Below, in pieces: positions 1-10,218 of a stretch of 64,000 nucleotides of DNA. Origin of the DNA: an uncultured Alphaproteobacteria bacterium (GTDB lineage Bacteria > Pseudomonadota > Alphaproteobacteria > Rhizobiales > Amorphaceae); assembly GCA_963704595.1 (NCBI GenBank), contig OY969922.1, positions 3,754,660 through 3,818,659 of the forward strand. Reading direction: 5' to 3'. Every line of letters begins with the position of its first letter. Positions within the stretch are counted from its first letter, which is position 1. A program made the position numbers and the translations under genes. The notes beneath the pieces are model-generated. The model did not search any database. It saw nothing but the letters and a program-made list of their open reading frames with translations, and had not been told where the DNA came from.

Positions 1-70
1 GCCGCTGCGGGCGTCAGCGGACCGCACGGGGGCCTAGCAACCAGCCGCCGCCGTTTGCTACAACCGGTCC

Positions 71-769
71 ATGACCGAGCCCCTGTTCCGCGACGACCCC
101 TATCTCACCACCGCCACCGCGACCGTCGTCAGCGCAGGCGACGGCACGCTGGTCCTCGATCGCTCGCTGTTCTACGCCGCGGGCGGCGGCCAGCCGGGCG
201 ACACCGGCCGGCTCGAGACCGAAGACGGCGCGATGCTGACGGTGAGCGACGCGCGCTACACCGAGGACCGCAGCGCCATCGCGCTCACCGTCGACGGCAC
301 CCTCGCCCCCGGCACGGCCGTCACCCAGCACCTCGACTGGGAGCGCCGCTACGGCATCATGCGGATGCACACCGCGCTGCACCTCCTCTCCGTCGCGCTC
401 CCCTACCCCGTCACGGGCGGCCAGATCGGCCCCGCCGAAAGCCGGCTCGATTTCGACATTCCGGACGAGACGCTCGACAAGGACAGCGTCGCCGCCGCCG
501 TTCAGGCGCTGATCGACGGCGACCACGGCGTCAGCACCGAATGGATTACCGACGCCGAGCTCGATGCGCAGCCCGACCTCGTCAAGACGATGTCGGTCAA
601 GCCGCCGCGCGGGTCGGGCAAGGTGCGTCTGGTGCGCATCGGCGAGATCGACCTTCAGCCCTGCGGCGGCACCCATGTCGCCGCCACCTCCGAGATCGGC
701 AGGATCAACGTGACCAAGATCGAGAAAAAGGGCCGGCAGAACCGCCGCGTCCGGATCGCCCTCGCATGA
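71..769 (+). CDS. alaX: Alanyl-tRNA editing protein AlaX-like (Thr/Ala-tRNA synthetase second additional domain)
   Basis: 232-aa ORF with the HxxxH (MHTALHLL) and CGGTH zinc-binding motifs typical of AlaRS editing-domain homologues. Confidence 0.8.
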   Translation: MTEPLFRDDPYLTTATATVVSAGDGTLVLDRSLFYAAGGGQPGDTGRLETEDGAMLTVSDARYTEDRSAIALTVDGTLAPGTAVTQHLDWERRYGIMRMHTALHLLSVALPYPVTGGQIGPAESRLDFDIPDETLDKDSVAAAVQALIDGDHGVSTEWITDAELDAQPDLVKTMSVKPPRGSGKVRLVRIGEIDLQPCGGTHVAATSEIGRINVTKIEKKGRQNRRVRIALA

Positions 770-1620
770 CGCTCGTGGACCCCGCCTGGCTCGGCGAACG
801 GCTCGGCCGCGTCGTGGTGCTCGATGCCTCGTGGCACATGCCCGACACCGGCCGCGACCCCGACGCCGAGTTCCTCGAAGCCCACATCCCGGGCGCCCGC
901 CGGTTCGACATCGACACCATCGCCGACACCGACAGCGGCCTGCCGCATACGCTCCCCTCGCCCGAGCGCTTCGCGGAAATGGTCGGCGCGCTCGGCATCG
1001 ACAACACGACCGAGGTCGTCGTCTACGAGGCCGGCCCCGTATTCTCCGCCCCCCGCGCCTGGTGGATGTTCCGCGTGATGGGACACGACGCGAAGATCCT
1101 CGACGGCGGCTTCGCCCGCTGGCGCGCCGAAGGCTTCCCGGTCGAGTCCGGCGCGGCGGCGCCGGCCACTCCCGCCCGGTTCACCGCCCGTTTCGACCCC
1201 AGCCTCTACGCCGACGCCGACACCGTCGCGAGGACGCTGGAAAAGGGCGGCAACGTGCTCGACGCGCGCGGCGCCCCCCGCTTCACCGGCTCCGTGCCCG
1301 AGCCGCGCGCGGGCCTGCGCGCCGGCCACATGCCCGGCGCCCGCAACCTCCCCTACGCCTCGCTCGTCGCCGAAGACGGAACGCTGAAAAAGGGCGACGC
1401 GCTGAAGTCCGCCATCGCAGCCTCCGGCATGAACCCCGCGCGGCCGGTCGTGACGAGCTGCGGCTCGGGCGTCACCGCCGCGATCATCGCGCTCGCGCTC
1501 GACGAGATCGGCGTGCCGGCCCGCGTCTACGACGGCTCGTGGACCGAATGGGGTGGCGACCCGTCCCGCCCCGTCGCCACCGGCCCTGCCGACAACGAGA
1601 CCTCTGCAAGCCAAAGTTAA
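766..1620 (+). CDS. sseA: 3-mercaptopyruvate sulfurtransferase (tandem rhodanese domains)
   Basis: Internal ATG of ORF 55..1620; two rhodanese domains; active-site SCGSGVTA; overlaps alaX stop by 4 nt. Confidence 0.85.
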   Translation: MTLVDPAWLGERLGRVVVLDASWHMPDTGRDPDAEFLEAHIPGARRFDIDTIADTDSGLPHTLPSPERFAEMVGALGIDNTTEVVVYEAGPVFSAPRAWWMFRVMGHDAKILDGGFARWRAEGFPVESGAAAPATPARFTARFDPSLYADADTVARTLEKGGNVLDARGAPRFTGSVPEPRAGLRAGHMPGARNLPYASLVAEDGTLKKGDALKSAIAASGMNPARPVVTSCGSGVTAAIIALALDEIGVPARVYDGSWTEWGGDPSRPVATGPADNETSASQS

Positions 1621-1664
1621 CCATCTTCGGTCATCATCCGGGCGGTCCTGATGGAGTTCGGGTG

Positions 1665-2271
1665 ATGAACAATCCTTCGCTTTGTTTCGCGGTGATCGAC
1701 GCCGAGCCGCCGCGCGCCGTCGCCGCCTGGGGCACCGTTTCGGAGCGCGAGACCTGGGAGCGGCACTACCTCGTCGGCGGCGACCACAGCCTGTGCCTGT
1801 CGCAGGCCCGCCGCGTCTTCCTCACCGCTCACGGCAGCCACGACGGGTTCCGCACCCAAACCATCATGCTCGACGCCGCCTTCCCGCTCGACTGGATGGC
1901 GCTCAACGTGATCGAACGGACACTGCCCCGTCGCCTGCGCGGCCTCGAGATCGACGGCACCGACGCGCAGTCCTTCGTCGATGCGCTCGCCGTCCCCGAC
2001 CTCGTGCAGGCGAGCGTCCACCGCGTCGCGCGCACCGCCGTCGTCGGCGCCACCACGGTCGAGACCAGCACACTCACCGTGCCGCAATGGAATGCGACCG
2101 CGGTCGCCACCACCTTCGAAAGCCGCAATCCCCATGCGCTTGCGCGCTGTGGTCGCCAGCGCGGGCCTCGGCGCCCGCCAGCACCAGGATCTGCGCGACT
2201 GGCTGCAGGCGATCGCCGCGGCGCAGACCCCCGCCCCGGTGCCGCGCCAGCGGTTCGCCATCGCGAGCTGA
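1665..2271 (+). CDS. Hypothetical protein, apparently frame-shifted (N-terminal part in the frame of ORF 831..2288, C-terminal part in ORF 1981..2271)
   Basis: ATG at 1665 follows the sseA stop. Both frames read like real protein in their own segment; the last ~40 codons of the first frame look like GC noise. No family recognised. Confidence 0.4.
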
Positions 2272-2368
2272 GCCGCCGGTCCGGCTGACCGCCGGAGCCA
2301 TGCAAAACTGCAATGGCGGTCGCCATCGCCGCCCTTGCGCCCGCCAGGGCGCCGGGCGATAGCGGCAT

Positions 2369-3283
2369 ATGGAACATCACCCGACCGTCCCCGTCACTGC
2401 GTCCGCGGCGAGCAACAACACGCTGCGCGGCGTCGCCTTCATCGTGACCGCGATGGTCATCTTCTCGGCTCAGGACGGCCTGTCGAAGGCGCTGGCGGAC
2501 AATCACTCCGCCATCTTCGTGACCATGTGGCGCTACTGGGCCTTCGGCGCGGTGTGTTTCGTCCTCCTCTGGCGCAAGGGCTTTCGCACCGGCCTTGCAT
2601 CCGGCCAGCCACGGCTGCAGGTCGCGCGCAGCGTCACGCTGGCGCTCGAGATCATCGTCGCCATTGCCGCATTCGCCCTTCTCGGCCTTGCCCCCAGCCA
2701 CGCGATCTTCGCGTTCATGCCGCTTCTGGTGGTGGCGCTGTCGGGGCCGGTGCTCGGCGAAAAGGTCGGCTGGCGGCGCTGGTCTGCCGTCGGCGTCGGC
2801 CTCATCGGCATGCTCCTCATCATCCGGCCCGGCACGCGCGCGCTGACGCCCGAGATCGGCGTCGCGCTGGTCGCGGTGTTCATGTTTGCCGCCTACCAGC
2901 TGATGACCCGCCGCGTCTCCCGCACCGACACCGCGATGACGAGCTTCTACTACACCGGCATCATCGGCGCGGTGACGATGACGCTGATCGGCCCGTGGTT
3001 CTGGTCGTGGATGACGCCCTGGGAAGCCGTCATGATGGCGACCCTGTGCGTCACCGGGATGACCGGGCACTACCTGATGATCAAGGCGTTCGAGGCCGCG
3101 GAGGCGTCCGCGATCCAGCCGTTCATGTACCTGCAGACGGTGATGGCGACCGGCATCGGCGTCACGGTCTTCGGCGAGGTGCTGAGCCCGTGGACGGTCC
3201 TCGGCGGCGCCATCGTCATCGGCGCCGGCCTCTTCGCCTTCTGGCGCGAACGCGTCCGCGCCAAGGCCGCCCTCCGCCGCTGA
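2369..3283 (+). CDS. DMT superfamily transporter (EamA family, 10 TM)
   Basis: 304-aa polytopic membrane protein with two EamA-like halves. Confidence 0.8.
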   Translation: MEHHPTVPVTASAASNNTLRGVAFIVTAMVIFSAQDGLSKALADNHSAIFVTMWRYWAFGAVCFVLLWRKGFRTGLASGQPRLQVARSVTLALEIIVAIAAFALLGLAPSHAIFAFMPLLVVALSGPVLGEKVGWRRWSAVGVGLIGMLLIIRPGTRALTPEIGVALVAVFMFAAYQLMTRRVSRTDTAMTSFYYTGIIGAVTMTLIGPWFWSWMTPWEAVMMATLCVTGMTGHYLMIKAFEAAEASAIQPFMYLQTVMATGIGVTVFGEVLSPWTVLGGAIVIGAGLFAFWRERVRAKAALRR

Positions 3284-3790
3284 CGGCGGCCCGGCCCGGG
3301 GGCGTGCGGGGCTCTGGCGGCTGCGGGACGCTGGCGGTTGCGGGACGCTGGCGGTTGCGGGACGCTGGCGCCGTCTCCACGGTGCAACGTGGCGACCGGC
3401 ATCGGCGTTACGGTTTTCGACGAAGTCCTGAGCCAGTGGATGGCCTAGGCGGCGCCACCGCGTCATCGGCGCAGGCCTCTTCACCTTCTGGCGCGAACGC
3501 GTCCGCGCCAAGGCCGCCCTCCGCCGCTGACGGCGGACCGGCCCGCCGGCTTGCGGGGCTATGGCGCCGCCTCACTATACCAACATGGCGACCGGCATCG
3601 GCGTCACGGTCTTCGGCGAAGTGCTGAACCCCTGGATGGTCCTGGGCGGCGCCATCGTCATAGGCGCAGGCCTCTTCGCCTTCTGGCGCGAACGCGTCCG
3701 CGCCAAGGCCTCCCTCCGCCGCTGGCGGAGGACCGGCCCGGCCACTGCGGGGCTCTTGCGCTGTCTGACGATGCCAACGCGGCGCGTTTA
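3143..3790 (+). repeat. Three tandem, diverging copies (~200-250 bp each; starts ~3143, ~3389, ~3585) of the last ~145 bp of the DMT gene plus its 3' flank
   Basis: Direct reading: the segment encoding MATGIGVTVFGEVL..FWRERVRAKAALRR* recurs twice downstream with ~10% divergence. Copy 2 contains in-frame stops; copy 3 keeps an ORF (3561..3836). Confidence 0.85.
3316..3373 (+). repeat. 17-bp microsatellite (gcgggacgctggcggtt) x3 inside copy 1 of the tandem array
   Basis: Read directly from the sequence. Confidence 0.85.
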
Positions 3791-3997
3791 TCGGAGCGTT
3801 GGCGACGGGTGGCGCGAACGAGCGGGTGCGGGGTGAATGCCACGACGTGGAAGAAGGCAGTCCCGTGGGCGGCGCGGTGTGCTGCACATGATGGCTGTTC
3901 ATTGCCAGAAGACGATGCCAAATACGGCTCGTCCGCCCGCAACCTCGTACTTGCATGGAGCTGTGAGCGAACGCGCGTGTTCGAGCGGGGAACGCGG

Positions 3998-4453
3998 TCA
4001 GGTCGTGCCGTAGACCTTGTCGGCGCGCTCCTCGAAGGCGGAGGCGAAGCGGCGGAACGCCCGGTCGAAGACCGAGCCCATCACCGTGGCCAGCGTCCGG
4101 CTCTTGAACTCGTAGCGAATGTCGAAGTTGACGTCGCAGGAGTGCTCGTCGACCGGAGTGAAGGTCCAGCGATTCTTCAGCTCCTGGAACGGGCCGTCGA
4201 GATACTCCACATCGATGATGTCGTTGGCCCGGTCGAGGACGACGCGTGAGGTGAACGTCTCGCGGATGAACTTGTAGGCGACGGTCATCTCCGCGACCAG
4301 CACCTCGCGCCCGTCGGCCAGCGTGTCGCGGCGGCGCACGGTGAGCGAGCGGCACAGCGGCACGAACCGCGGGTAGGACTTCACGTCCGCCACGAGGTCG
4401 AACATGTTGGGCGCGGCGTGCTTGACGCGGCGGGTCGTCTCAAACTGCGGCAT
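3998..4453 (-). CDS. ratA: SRPBCC-family protein (RatA/YfjG-like, CoQ-binding/polyketide-cyclase fold)
   Basis: 151 aa; family-level match; overlaps the 3' end of lipA by 14 nt, the usual alphaproteobacterial arrangement. Confidence 0.75.
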   Translation of the reverse strand: MPQFETTRRVKHAAPNMFDLVADVKSYPRFVPLCRSLTVRRRDTLADGREVLVAEMTVAYKFIRETFTSRVVLDRANDIIDVEYLDGPFQELKNRWTFTPVDEHSCDVNFDIRYEFKSRTLATVMGSVFDRAFRRFASAFEERADKVYGTT

Positions 4454-5426
4454 TGGCCGCCGCCGTCGTTCCCTTCTGCGCGAACCGCTCCTGCCTTGCG
4501 GCCTTCAGCTTCGCGAAGTCCTCGCCCGCATGATAGGACGAGCGGGTCAGCGGCGAGGCCGAAACCATCAGGAAGCCCTTGGCGTAGGCGATGGTCTGGT
4601 AGGCCGCGAAGCTCTTCGGCGGCACGTATTCGGCCACCGCGTAGTGCTTGCGGGTCGGCTGCAGGTACTGGCCGATGGTCAGGAAGTCGACGTCGGCGGA
4701 GCGCAGGTCGTCCATCAGCTGGAGCACCTCGTTCCGCGTCTCGCCGAGACCGATCATGATGCCGGACTTGGTGAAGATCGTGGGATCCAGCATCTTCACC
4801 TGATCGAGCAGACGCAGCGAATGGAAGTAGCGCGCGCCCGGGCGGACGTTGAGGTAGAGCGACGGCACGGTCTCGAGGTTGTGGTTGAAGACGTCCGGCC
4901 GCGCCTCGACGACGCGCTCCATGGCGCCCGGCTTGCGCAGGAAGTCCGGCGTCAGCACCTCGATCGTCGTGCCGGGGGATGCGTCGCGGATCGCGCGGAT
5001 GGTCTCCGCCATGTGGTTGGCGCCGCCGTCGTCGAGGTCGTCACGGTCGACGGAGGTGACGACAACGTGCTCGAGGCCCAGCGTCGCGACTGCTTCGGCG
5101 ACCTTGCGCGGCTCGGCAGGATCGAGCGGCTGCGGGCGCCCGGTCCGCACGTTGCAGAAGGCGCAGGCGCGTGTGCAGGTGTCGCCCATGATCATGAACG
5201 TGGCGTGGCGCTTCGACCAGCACTCGCCGATATTGGGGCAGCCAGCTTCCTCGCAGACGGTGACGAGACCCTTCTCGCGCACGAGGTCGCGCGTTTCACG
5301 CCATACGGGGGACGTCGGCGCCTTGACCCTGATCCAGTCGGGCTTGCGTGCCACAGGGCTTTCCGCCCGGCCCACCTTTTCCGGGTGCCGCGGCTGTACG
5401 TTTACCCTGTCGACCACAGTGACCAT
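4440..5426 (-). CDS. lipA: Lipoyl synthase
   Basis: Radical-SAM motifs [12 protein letters not shown] and [10 protein letters not shown]. Start taken at MVTVVDR (5426); the ORF track extends to 5528 with an unlikely N-terminal extension. Confidence 0.92.
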   Translation of the reverse strand: MVTVVDRVNVQPRHPEKVGRAESPVARKPDWIRVKAPTSPVWRETRDLVREKGLVTVCEEAGCPNIGECWSKRHATFMIMGDTCTRACAFCNVRTGRPQPLDPAEPRKVAEAVATLGLEHVVVTSVDRDDLDDGGANHMAETIRAIRDASPGTTIEVLTPDFLRKPGAMERVVEARPDVFNHNLETVPSLYLNVRPGARYFHSLRLLDQVKMLDPTIFTKSGIMIGLGETRNEVLQLMDDLRSADVDFLTIGQYLQPTRKHYAVAEYVPPKSFAAYQTIAYAKGFLMVSASPLTRSSYHAGEDFAKLKAARQERFAQKGTTAAANAAV

Positions 5427-5573
5427 AGGTTCGGATCCCCCTTCGCGTGCCCGCAACATAGGGGCTTTTCCGCCATGACGCGAGGGTCTTGGAAGCTGCG
5501 TCGCACCCCGCGCATGGCACCGATGCAACTGCCGCGGCCAGCAGGCGGCTACGGATCAGCGAAGCGAAGCCGG

Positions 5574-6050
5574 TCAGAAGACGAAATCGTCTTCCTCCGC
5601 GGGTTCGAACGCGTTCTCAAGATAGTCGACGCGGCCGCCGGCCCAGACAAGCGCGATATCGAAGCGGATGTTGTAGCCGGCATAGCGTTCGTTTTCGGCG
5701 AGCCATGCATTGGCGGCACGGGTGATCCTGCGGATCTTGCGCGCGTCCACCGATTCGAGGCCGCCCCAGCCACTGCGGCGCGCCTTGACCTCGACGAAGG
5801 CGACGGTGTCGCCGCGGATCGCCACCAGATCGAGTTCGGCGCGTCCGACGAGGACACGCGTGCCTAGAACCGTGTAGTCACCCGCCCGAAGGAACTGACG
5901 GATCGAACGCTCGCTTTCCACGCCGAAGCGGAACGCGCTGCGGCGCGACGCGGCCTTGCGCTCAAGAGGGCGTGTGAGTGCGAGCGGCCAGTTGAAGGAC
6001 GGGACGACGTCCGCCGCCGCGAATTGCACGCTCATCGCCACACCTCTCAC
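5574..6050 (-). CDS. yraN: YraN family protein (UPF0102, endonuclease-like)
   Basis: 158 aa; contains the conserved VEVKAR block. True start may be MSVQF at ~6035. Confidence 0.7.
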   Translation of the reverse strand: MRGVAMSVQFAAADVVPSFNWPLALTRPLERKAASRRSAFRFGVESERSIRQFLRAGDYTVLGTRVLVGRAELDLVAIRGDTVAFVEVKARRSGWGGLESVDARKIRRITRAANAWLAENERYAGYNIRFDIALVWAGGRVDYLENAFEPAEEDDFVF

Positions 6051-6107
6051 CAGACAACGACCCGCACCCTACAACCGGAGAGAGAATATTGCAACCGTCC
6101 TTGGTCG

Positions 6108-8111
6108 TCAGCGTGCTTCGGTGGCAGCCTCGCGCACCTCGATCGCGGTCTCGGTGATGGAAGGTTCGATCGGTGTGAAGGATACCGCACCGACATCCAC
6201 CGGAACCTGCGGTCTTGGCGGCGGCAGTGGTGCGCGGCCGCCGCCGATGATCGTGCCTGAAAGCGGATCGGGGCGGGTCTCGTCGGCGCCGCCTATGGCG
6301 ATATCGACCATCTCGAGGTTGCGGACCGGCTCCAGGTACGTGAGCGGCAGCGCCTCGGGCTGTGGCCGCAGCGGGAGCCGGAGGTCTTCGGGAAGCGGGT
6401 TGGACTTCGGGCTGGCCCGGGACGGGAGCCAGTCGTCCGGGGCGAATTCGGCGCGTGCCATCAGGGGCGCAGGCTGAGCTGGCTGCGATGGGGGCTGGCC
6501 GGGGCGTGCGAGGGGGAACGTGACGGGCGAGGTGCTCGTCCAGGAGGCGGGCACGAGCTCGGCGCCGGCGAATTCGCGCGGGGCGGCGTCCTTCGGCGGC
6601 GCAGGGCGCTCGGGCGCTTCCTCGGCGGCTGTTTCTTCGTCCCGGGCGTCGTCCCGTTCCGCGGGCGCTGCATCGCCGGCGTCCGGAGCAGCTTCGTCTG
6701 CCGAAGCGGGACCCTCGGCTGACACGGTTTCTCCCTCCGGCGGATCGGATGCGTCAGGGTTGGGCGCCACGATGGGGTCTTCCTGGGCCGCCACATAATT
6801 GGATTCGGATGTGCCGGGTGTCTGCGCCGCATCGGCTACAGGCGCATCGGCACTCGCAACCTCTGTAGTCTCAGCGGCGGGTTGCGCCTCTTCGGTGGGG
6901 CTCGCCGCCTCGGCTGCGGCGGGCTCGGTGGGAGCGTCGCGGGGGGTGGCGAGGGCGGCGCGGACCGCGTCGTCGCGGGCGTTGCGAGCCTTCTGCCACG
7001 CGAGCAACGCCTCGCGCTGGGCCTCGAAGGCGGCAAGGCCGGTGTTGACGCCGTTGTCGTAGCGGGTCACCGGGCGGCGCGCTCCGCAGACTGTGCTGCG
7101 GATGTCGGCGACCGGCTCGTCGGCGGCGGGAAGCTCGGCGACGGTGCCCATCTCAGGCCGCTCTCCGGTCACGGGGGCGTAGGCGAAAAGGGCGTCGGGC
7201 TCGTCGAAGCCGTCGAGGGCGATGGCGCCGCCGCTCTCGAGCGCCTCGAACCCCTTGGCGAGGAGCTCGGCGGTCCGCTCGTCGCGTTCGCGCGAGGTGG
7301 TGCCACCGAGAACCACGGCGCCGAGGCGCACGCCGTCGCGGGTGACCGTTGCCGCAAGGTTGAAGCCGGAAGCGCAGATGAAACCGGTCTTCATCCCGTC
7401 GGTGCCGCGGAACTTGCGCATCAGGTTGTTGTGGTTGCGCATCACCTGCTTGCCGAGCCGCACGCCGCCCATGTCGAAATAGTCCGCGAACTGCGGAAAG
7501 TCGTTCTGGATCGCCATCATCAGGAGCGCCATGTCGCGCGCGGTGATGATCTGGCGCGAGTTGGGGAGCCCGTGCGGGTTGTCGAACGAGGAAGAGCTCA
7601 TCCCGAGGTCGGCGGCCGTCTTGTTCATCGCGTCGATGAAGCGGCCCGAAGTGCCGCTGACGGCCTCCGCCAGCGCGACCGAGACGTCGTTGGCGGACTT
7701 GGTGAGGATGATCCTGAGCGCGGTTTCGACCGTTATGACGGTGCCGACCTTGAAGCCCATCCGGCTCGGCGGCTGCTGGCTCGCCTGCGGCGAGATCCGC
7801 ACCGGCGACGTCATCGCCAGCGTCTCGGCCTCAATCGCCTTGAAGGTGACGTAGGCCGTCATCAGCTTGGTGAGCGAGGCGGGATACCACGGCGTCGACG
7901 CCCGGTGCTTGGCGAGGACCTTGCCGTTCGCCATGTCGAACAGGAGGTAGGCGCCGATCTCCGCCCGCGCCGACGCCAGCGGCACGAGGCAGACCGCGAG
8001 CACCAGGACGAGCCGTGCGATCGCCCCGCGGCTTGCGGCGCAAGCGGCGCACCGGAAGGCGCCGCGCGCCAGTCCCGTCCGCAAGATCGCACTGCCGCTG
8101 AGCCGCTTCAC
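6108..8111 (-). CDS. dacA: D-alanyl-D-alanine carboxypeptidase (peptidase S11, PBP5/6-like) with a ~330-aa Pro/Ala/Glu-rich C-terminal tail
   Basis: Signal peptide; SxxK (SLTKLM) active-site motif plus SAN and KTG; residues ~330-667 are low complexity. Confidence 0.85.
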   Translation of the reverse strand: MKRLSGSAILRTGLARGAFRCAACAASRGAIARLVLVLAVCLVPLASARAEIGAYLLFDMANGKVLAKHRASTPWYPASLTKLMTAYVTFKAIEAETLAMTSPVRISPQASQQPPSRMGFKVGTVITVETALRIILTKSANDVSVALAEAVSGTSGRFIDAMNKTAADLGMSSSSFDNPHGLPNSRQIITARDMALLMMAIQNDFPQFADYFDMGGVRLGKQVMRNHNNLMRKFRGTDGMKTGFICASGFNLAATVTRDGVRLGAVVLGGTTSRERDERTAELLAKGFEALESGGAIALDGFDEPDALFAYAPVTGERPEMGTVAELPAADEPVADIRSTVCGARRPVTRYDNGVNTGLAAFEAQREALLAWQKARNARDDAVRAALATPRDAPTEPAAAEAASPTEEAQPAAETTEVASADAPVADAAQTPGTSESNYVAAQEDPIVAPNPDASDPPEGETVSAEGPASADEAAPDAGDAAPAERDDARDEETAAEEAPERPAPPKDAAPREFAGAELVPASWTSTSPVTFPLARPGQPPSQPAQPAPLMARAEFAPDDWLPSRASPKSNPLPEDLRLPLRPQPEALPLTYLEPVRNLEMVDIAIGGADETRPDPLSGTIIGGGRAPLPPPRPQVPVDVGAVSFTPIEPSITETAIEVREAATEAR

Positions 8112-8228
8112 GCCATATCCCCGATCGTTCTCGCAGGCGGGCGGACCGGACGAGGGTCCCCTATGCCGGCTGCGCGCTTGTGAGTATCACTCACCTGCGG
8201 CCGGACATCGACCGCACAGTTCAAGTTT

Positions 8229-8513
8229 ATGGGAAAGCGTTCGATCATGGGAACCGTCAGAGACAGGATCATTGCGCGGTTGAGTGACGAATTCTCACCG
8301 CAGGCCCTCGAGGTGATCGACGAATCGCACCTCCATGCGGGCCATTCCGGCGCCCGGCCCGAGGGCGAAACGCACTTTCGCGTCATTTTGACCGCGGACG
8401 CCTTTCGCGGCACCAGCCGGCTAGAGCGGCACCGGATGGTGAACGCAGCGCTGGCCTCCGAGCTCGCAGGTCCGGTCCACGCGCTTGCCGTGAAGGCCGA
8501 CGCCCCGGCCTGA
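8229..8513 (+). CDS. bolA: BolA family transcriptional regulator
   Basis: 94 aa; BolA-like helix-turn-helix region (SHLHAGH ... FRV). Confidence 0.75.
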   Translation: MGKRSIMGTVRDRIIARLSDEFSPQALEVIDESHLHAGHSGARPEGETHFRVILTADAFRGTSRLERHRMVNAALASELAGPVHALAVKADAPA

Positions 8514-8537
8514 ACGGGCGCGGCCGCCCGCCGCGGC

Positions 8538-9236
8538 TCAGGCTTCCGGGAGCGCCTCGATGCCGCCGCGTGCCGCGCTCCAGGCGAGCGGTGCGCGCAG
8601 GAACTCGTCGACCTCGTCGAGCTCGGCCGCGGGGAGCGCTTCGGTGTCGCGCGCGGCCGCGAGGACGTCGGCCCACCTTGCGAGCGAGTGGATCGCGATG
8701 CCGTGCTCGGCGAGGCGGTCGCGGCTTCCGGGGAAGACGTCGTGGTGGAAAACCACGAAGCAGTGCGAGACGGTGGCCCCCGCCTCCCGCAGCGCCTCGA
8801 CGAATCGCACCTTGCTGCCACCGTCGGTGGCGAGATCCTCGACGAGAAGCACCCGCTGGCCGGGCGTGAGATCGCCCTCGATCTGCGCCAGCCGGCCGAA
8901 GCCCTTGGGCTTCTTGCGCACGTACTGCATGGGGAGCGCCAGGCGGTCGGCAATCCAGGCCGCGAACGGAATGCCTGCCGTTTCGCCGCCCGCCACCGCG
9001 TCGAACGCCTCAAGCCCCGCAACGTCGGCCATCGCCGTCAGCGACAGGTCGATGAGGCGCGAGCGCACCCGCGGAAAGCCGATGATCTTGCGGCAATCGA
9101 CGTACACCGGGCTTTTCAGGCCGCTCGTGTAGGTGAAGGGCTCGCTCGGGGAAAGATGGACGGCGCCGATCTCGAGCAGCGCACGGGCAGTGATTGCCGC
9201 GATCTCCTCGCGGGTCGCAACGGGAAATGAAATCAT
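8538..9236 (-). CDS. pyrE: Orotate phosphoribosyltransferase
   Basis: PRPP-binding motif VLLVEDLATDGGS. Start at MISFPV (9236); the ORF track N-terminus up to 9389 is spurious. Confidence 0.9.
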   Translation of the reverse strand: MISFPVATREEIAAITARALLEIGAVHLSPSEPFTYTSGLKSPVYVDCRKIIGFPRVRSRLIDLSLTAMADVAGLEAFDAVAGGETAGIPFAAWIADRLALPMQYVRKKPKGFGRLAQIEGDLTPGQRVLLVEDLATDGGSKVRFVEALREAGATVSHCFVVFHHDVFPGSRDRLAEHGIAIHSLARWADVLAAARDTEALPAAELDEVDEFLRAPLAWSAARGGIEALPEA

Positions 9237-9306
9237 TGAGGCCTCCAGCGGCTGACATCTGCCACGCCGGGGGCGCTTTGCGCAATCGGGCCGTGCGGGG
9301 ACGGGC

Positions 9307-10218
9307 TCAGCGCCGGGTCGCCGCCGCGCGAAGGCCCGCCTTCCAGTCCGCCAGCGTGGTGCCCTCGCGGTCGAGCGTGGCGGCGACATCGTCGATCAGG
9401 CGCACCATCGTCGCCGGCCGGTGGAGCGTCCCCGTGCCGACCGCGACCGCCGCGGCGCCGGCTGCGAAATAGTCCCGCATATCGGCGAGCGTCAGGACGC
9501 CGCCGCAGCCGACGATGGGGATCGCGACGCGGGCGACCATGTCGTCGACGATGCGCAGGCCGACGGGCTTCAGCGGCGGACCGGAGAGGCCGCCTGTGCG
9601 GTTGGACACACGCGGGGCGCCGGTTTCGCCCAGCGCCATCGCCGGCATGGTGTTGCTTGCGATCAGCGCGTCCGCCCCTGCGGCCTCGCAGGCCAGCGCG
9701 ACGGCGCCGGGCGCCGTGGCGGCGGGGGTGAGCTTGCACCACAGCGGCTTGGTGCTGACGGCGCGGCAGCCGGCGACGACGGCCTCCGCGTCCCTCGGGT
9801 CGGCGGCGAAGATCCGCCCGCCCGCCTCGAGGTTGGGGCAGGAAAGGTTGAGCTCCACCGCGTCGGCGTCGGTGGCCGACAGGCGCTCGGCGAGTTCGGC
9901 GAACTCGGCGGCGGTGTCGGCCGAAACCGAGACGATCACGGGCGGCCGGTGCGCCTTGTAGAGGGGCAGCACGTCGCGGATGAAGGCCTCGACGCCGTCC
10001 GACGGGATGCCGATGGCGTTGATGATGCCCCCGGCCGCCTCCGCAAGGCGCGGCGCGGGATGGCCGCGGCGTGCGCCGGGCGTGATCGTCTTGGGCACCA
10101 GTGCGCCGAGCCGGTCGATGTCGAACACGCGGGCGTGCTGGAGGCCGAACGTGCCCGACGCGGGAATGACGGGGCACGCCAGCGCGACCCCGCCGAGGGT
10201 GAGCGAGAGGTCGGCCAT
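9307..10218 (-). CDS. pyrD: Dihydroorotate dehydrogenase, catalytic subunit (class 1B)
   Basis: Start at MADLSLTL; DHOD motifs IGIPSDG and NLSCPN; follows the pyrK electron-transfer subunit gene. Confidence 0.9.
   Translation of the reverse strand: MADLSLTLGGVALACPVIPASGTFGLQHARVFDIDRLGALVPKTITPGARRGHPAPRLAEAAGGIINAIGIPSDGVEAFIRDVLPLYKAHRPPVIVSVSADTAAEFAELAERLSATDADAVELNLSCPNLEAGGRIFAADPRDAEAVVAGCRAVSTKPLWCKLTPAATAPGAVALACEAAGADALIASNTMPAMALGETGAPRVSNRTGGLSGPPLKPVGLRIVDDMVARVAIPIVGCGGVLTLADMRDYFAAGAAAVAVGTGTLHRPATMVRLIDDVAATLDREGTTLADWKAGLRAAATRR

Noticed and set aside
1829-3511. Long reverse-strand or overlapping ORFs, for example 1829..3511(-), 25106..26827(-), 52242..54266 upper part, 53159..55969, 60716..62995, 831..2288, 9233..10177, 11099..12187
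   Set aside because: They lie antisense to, or out of frame with, well-supported genes and translate to Arg/Pro/Gly/Ala-rich low-complexity sequence. This is the usual stop-codon paucity of ~70% GC DNA, not genes.
3561-3836. ORF 3561..3836 (MAPPHYTNMATGIGVTVFGEVLNPWMVLGG...) as an independent small membrane protein gene
   Set aside because: It is the third, diverged copy of the DMT gene 3' end inside the tandem array (see findings), most likely a gene fragment rather than an independent gene.
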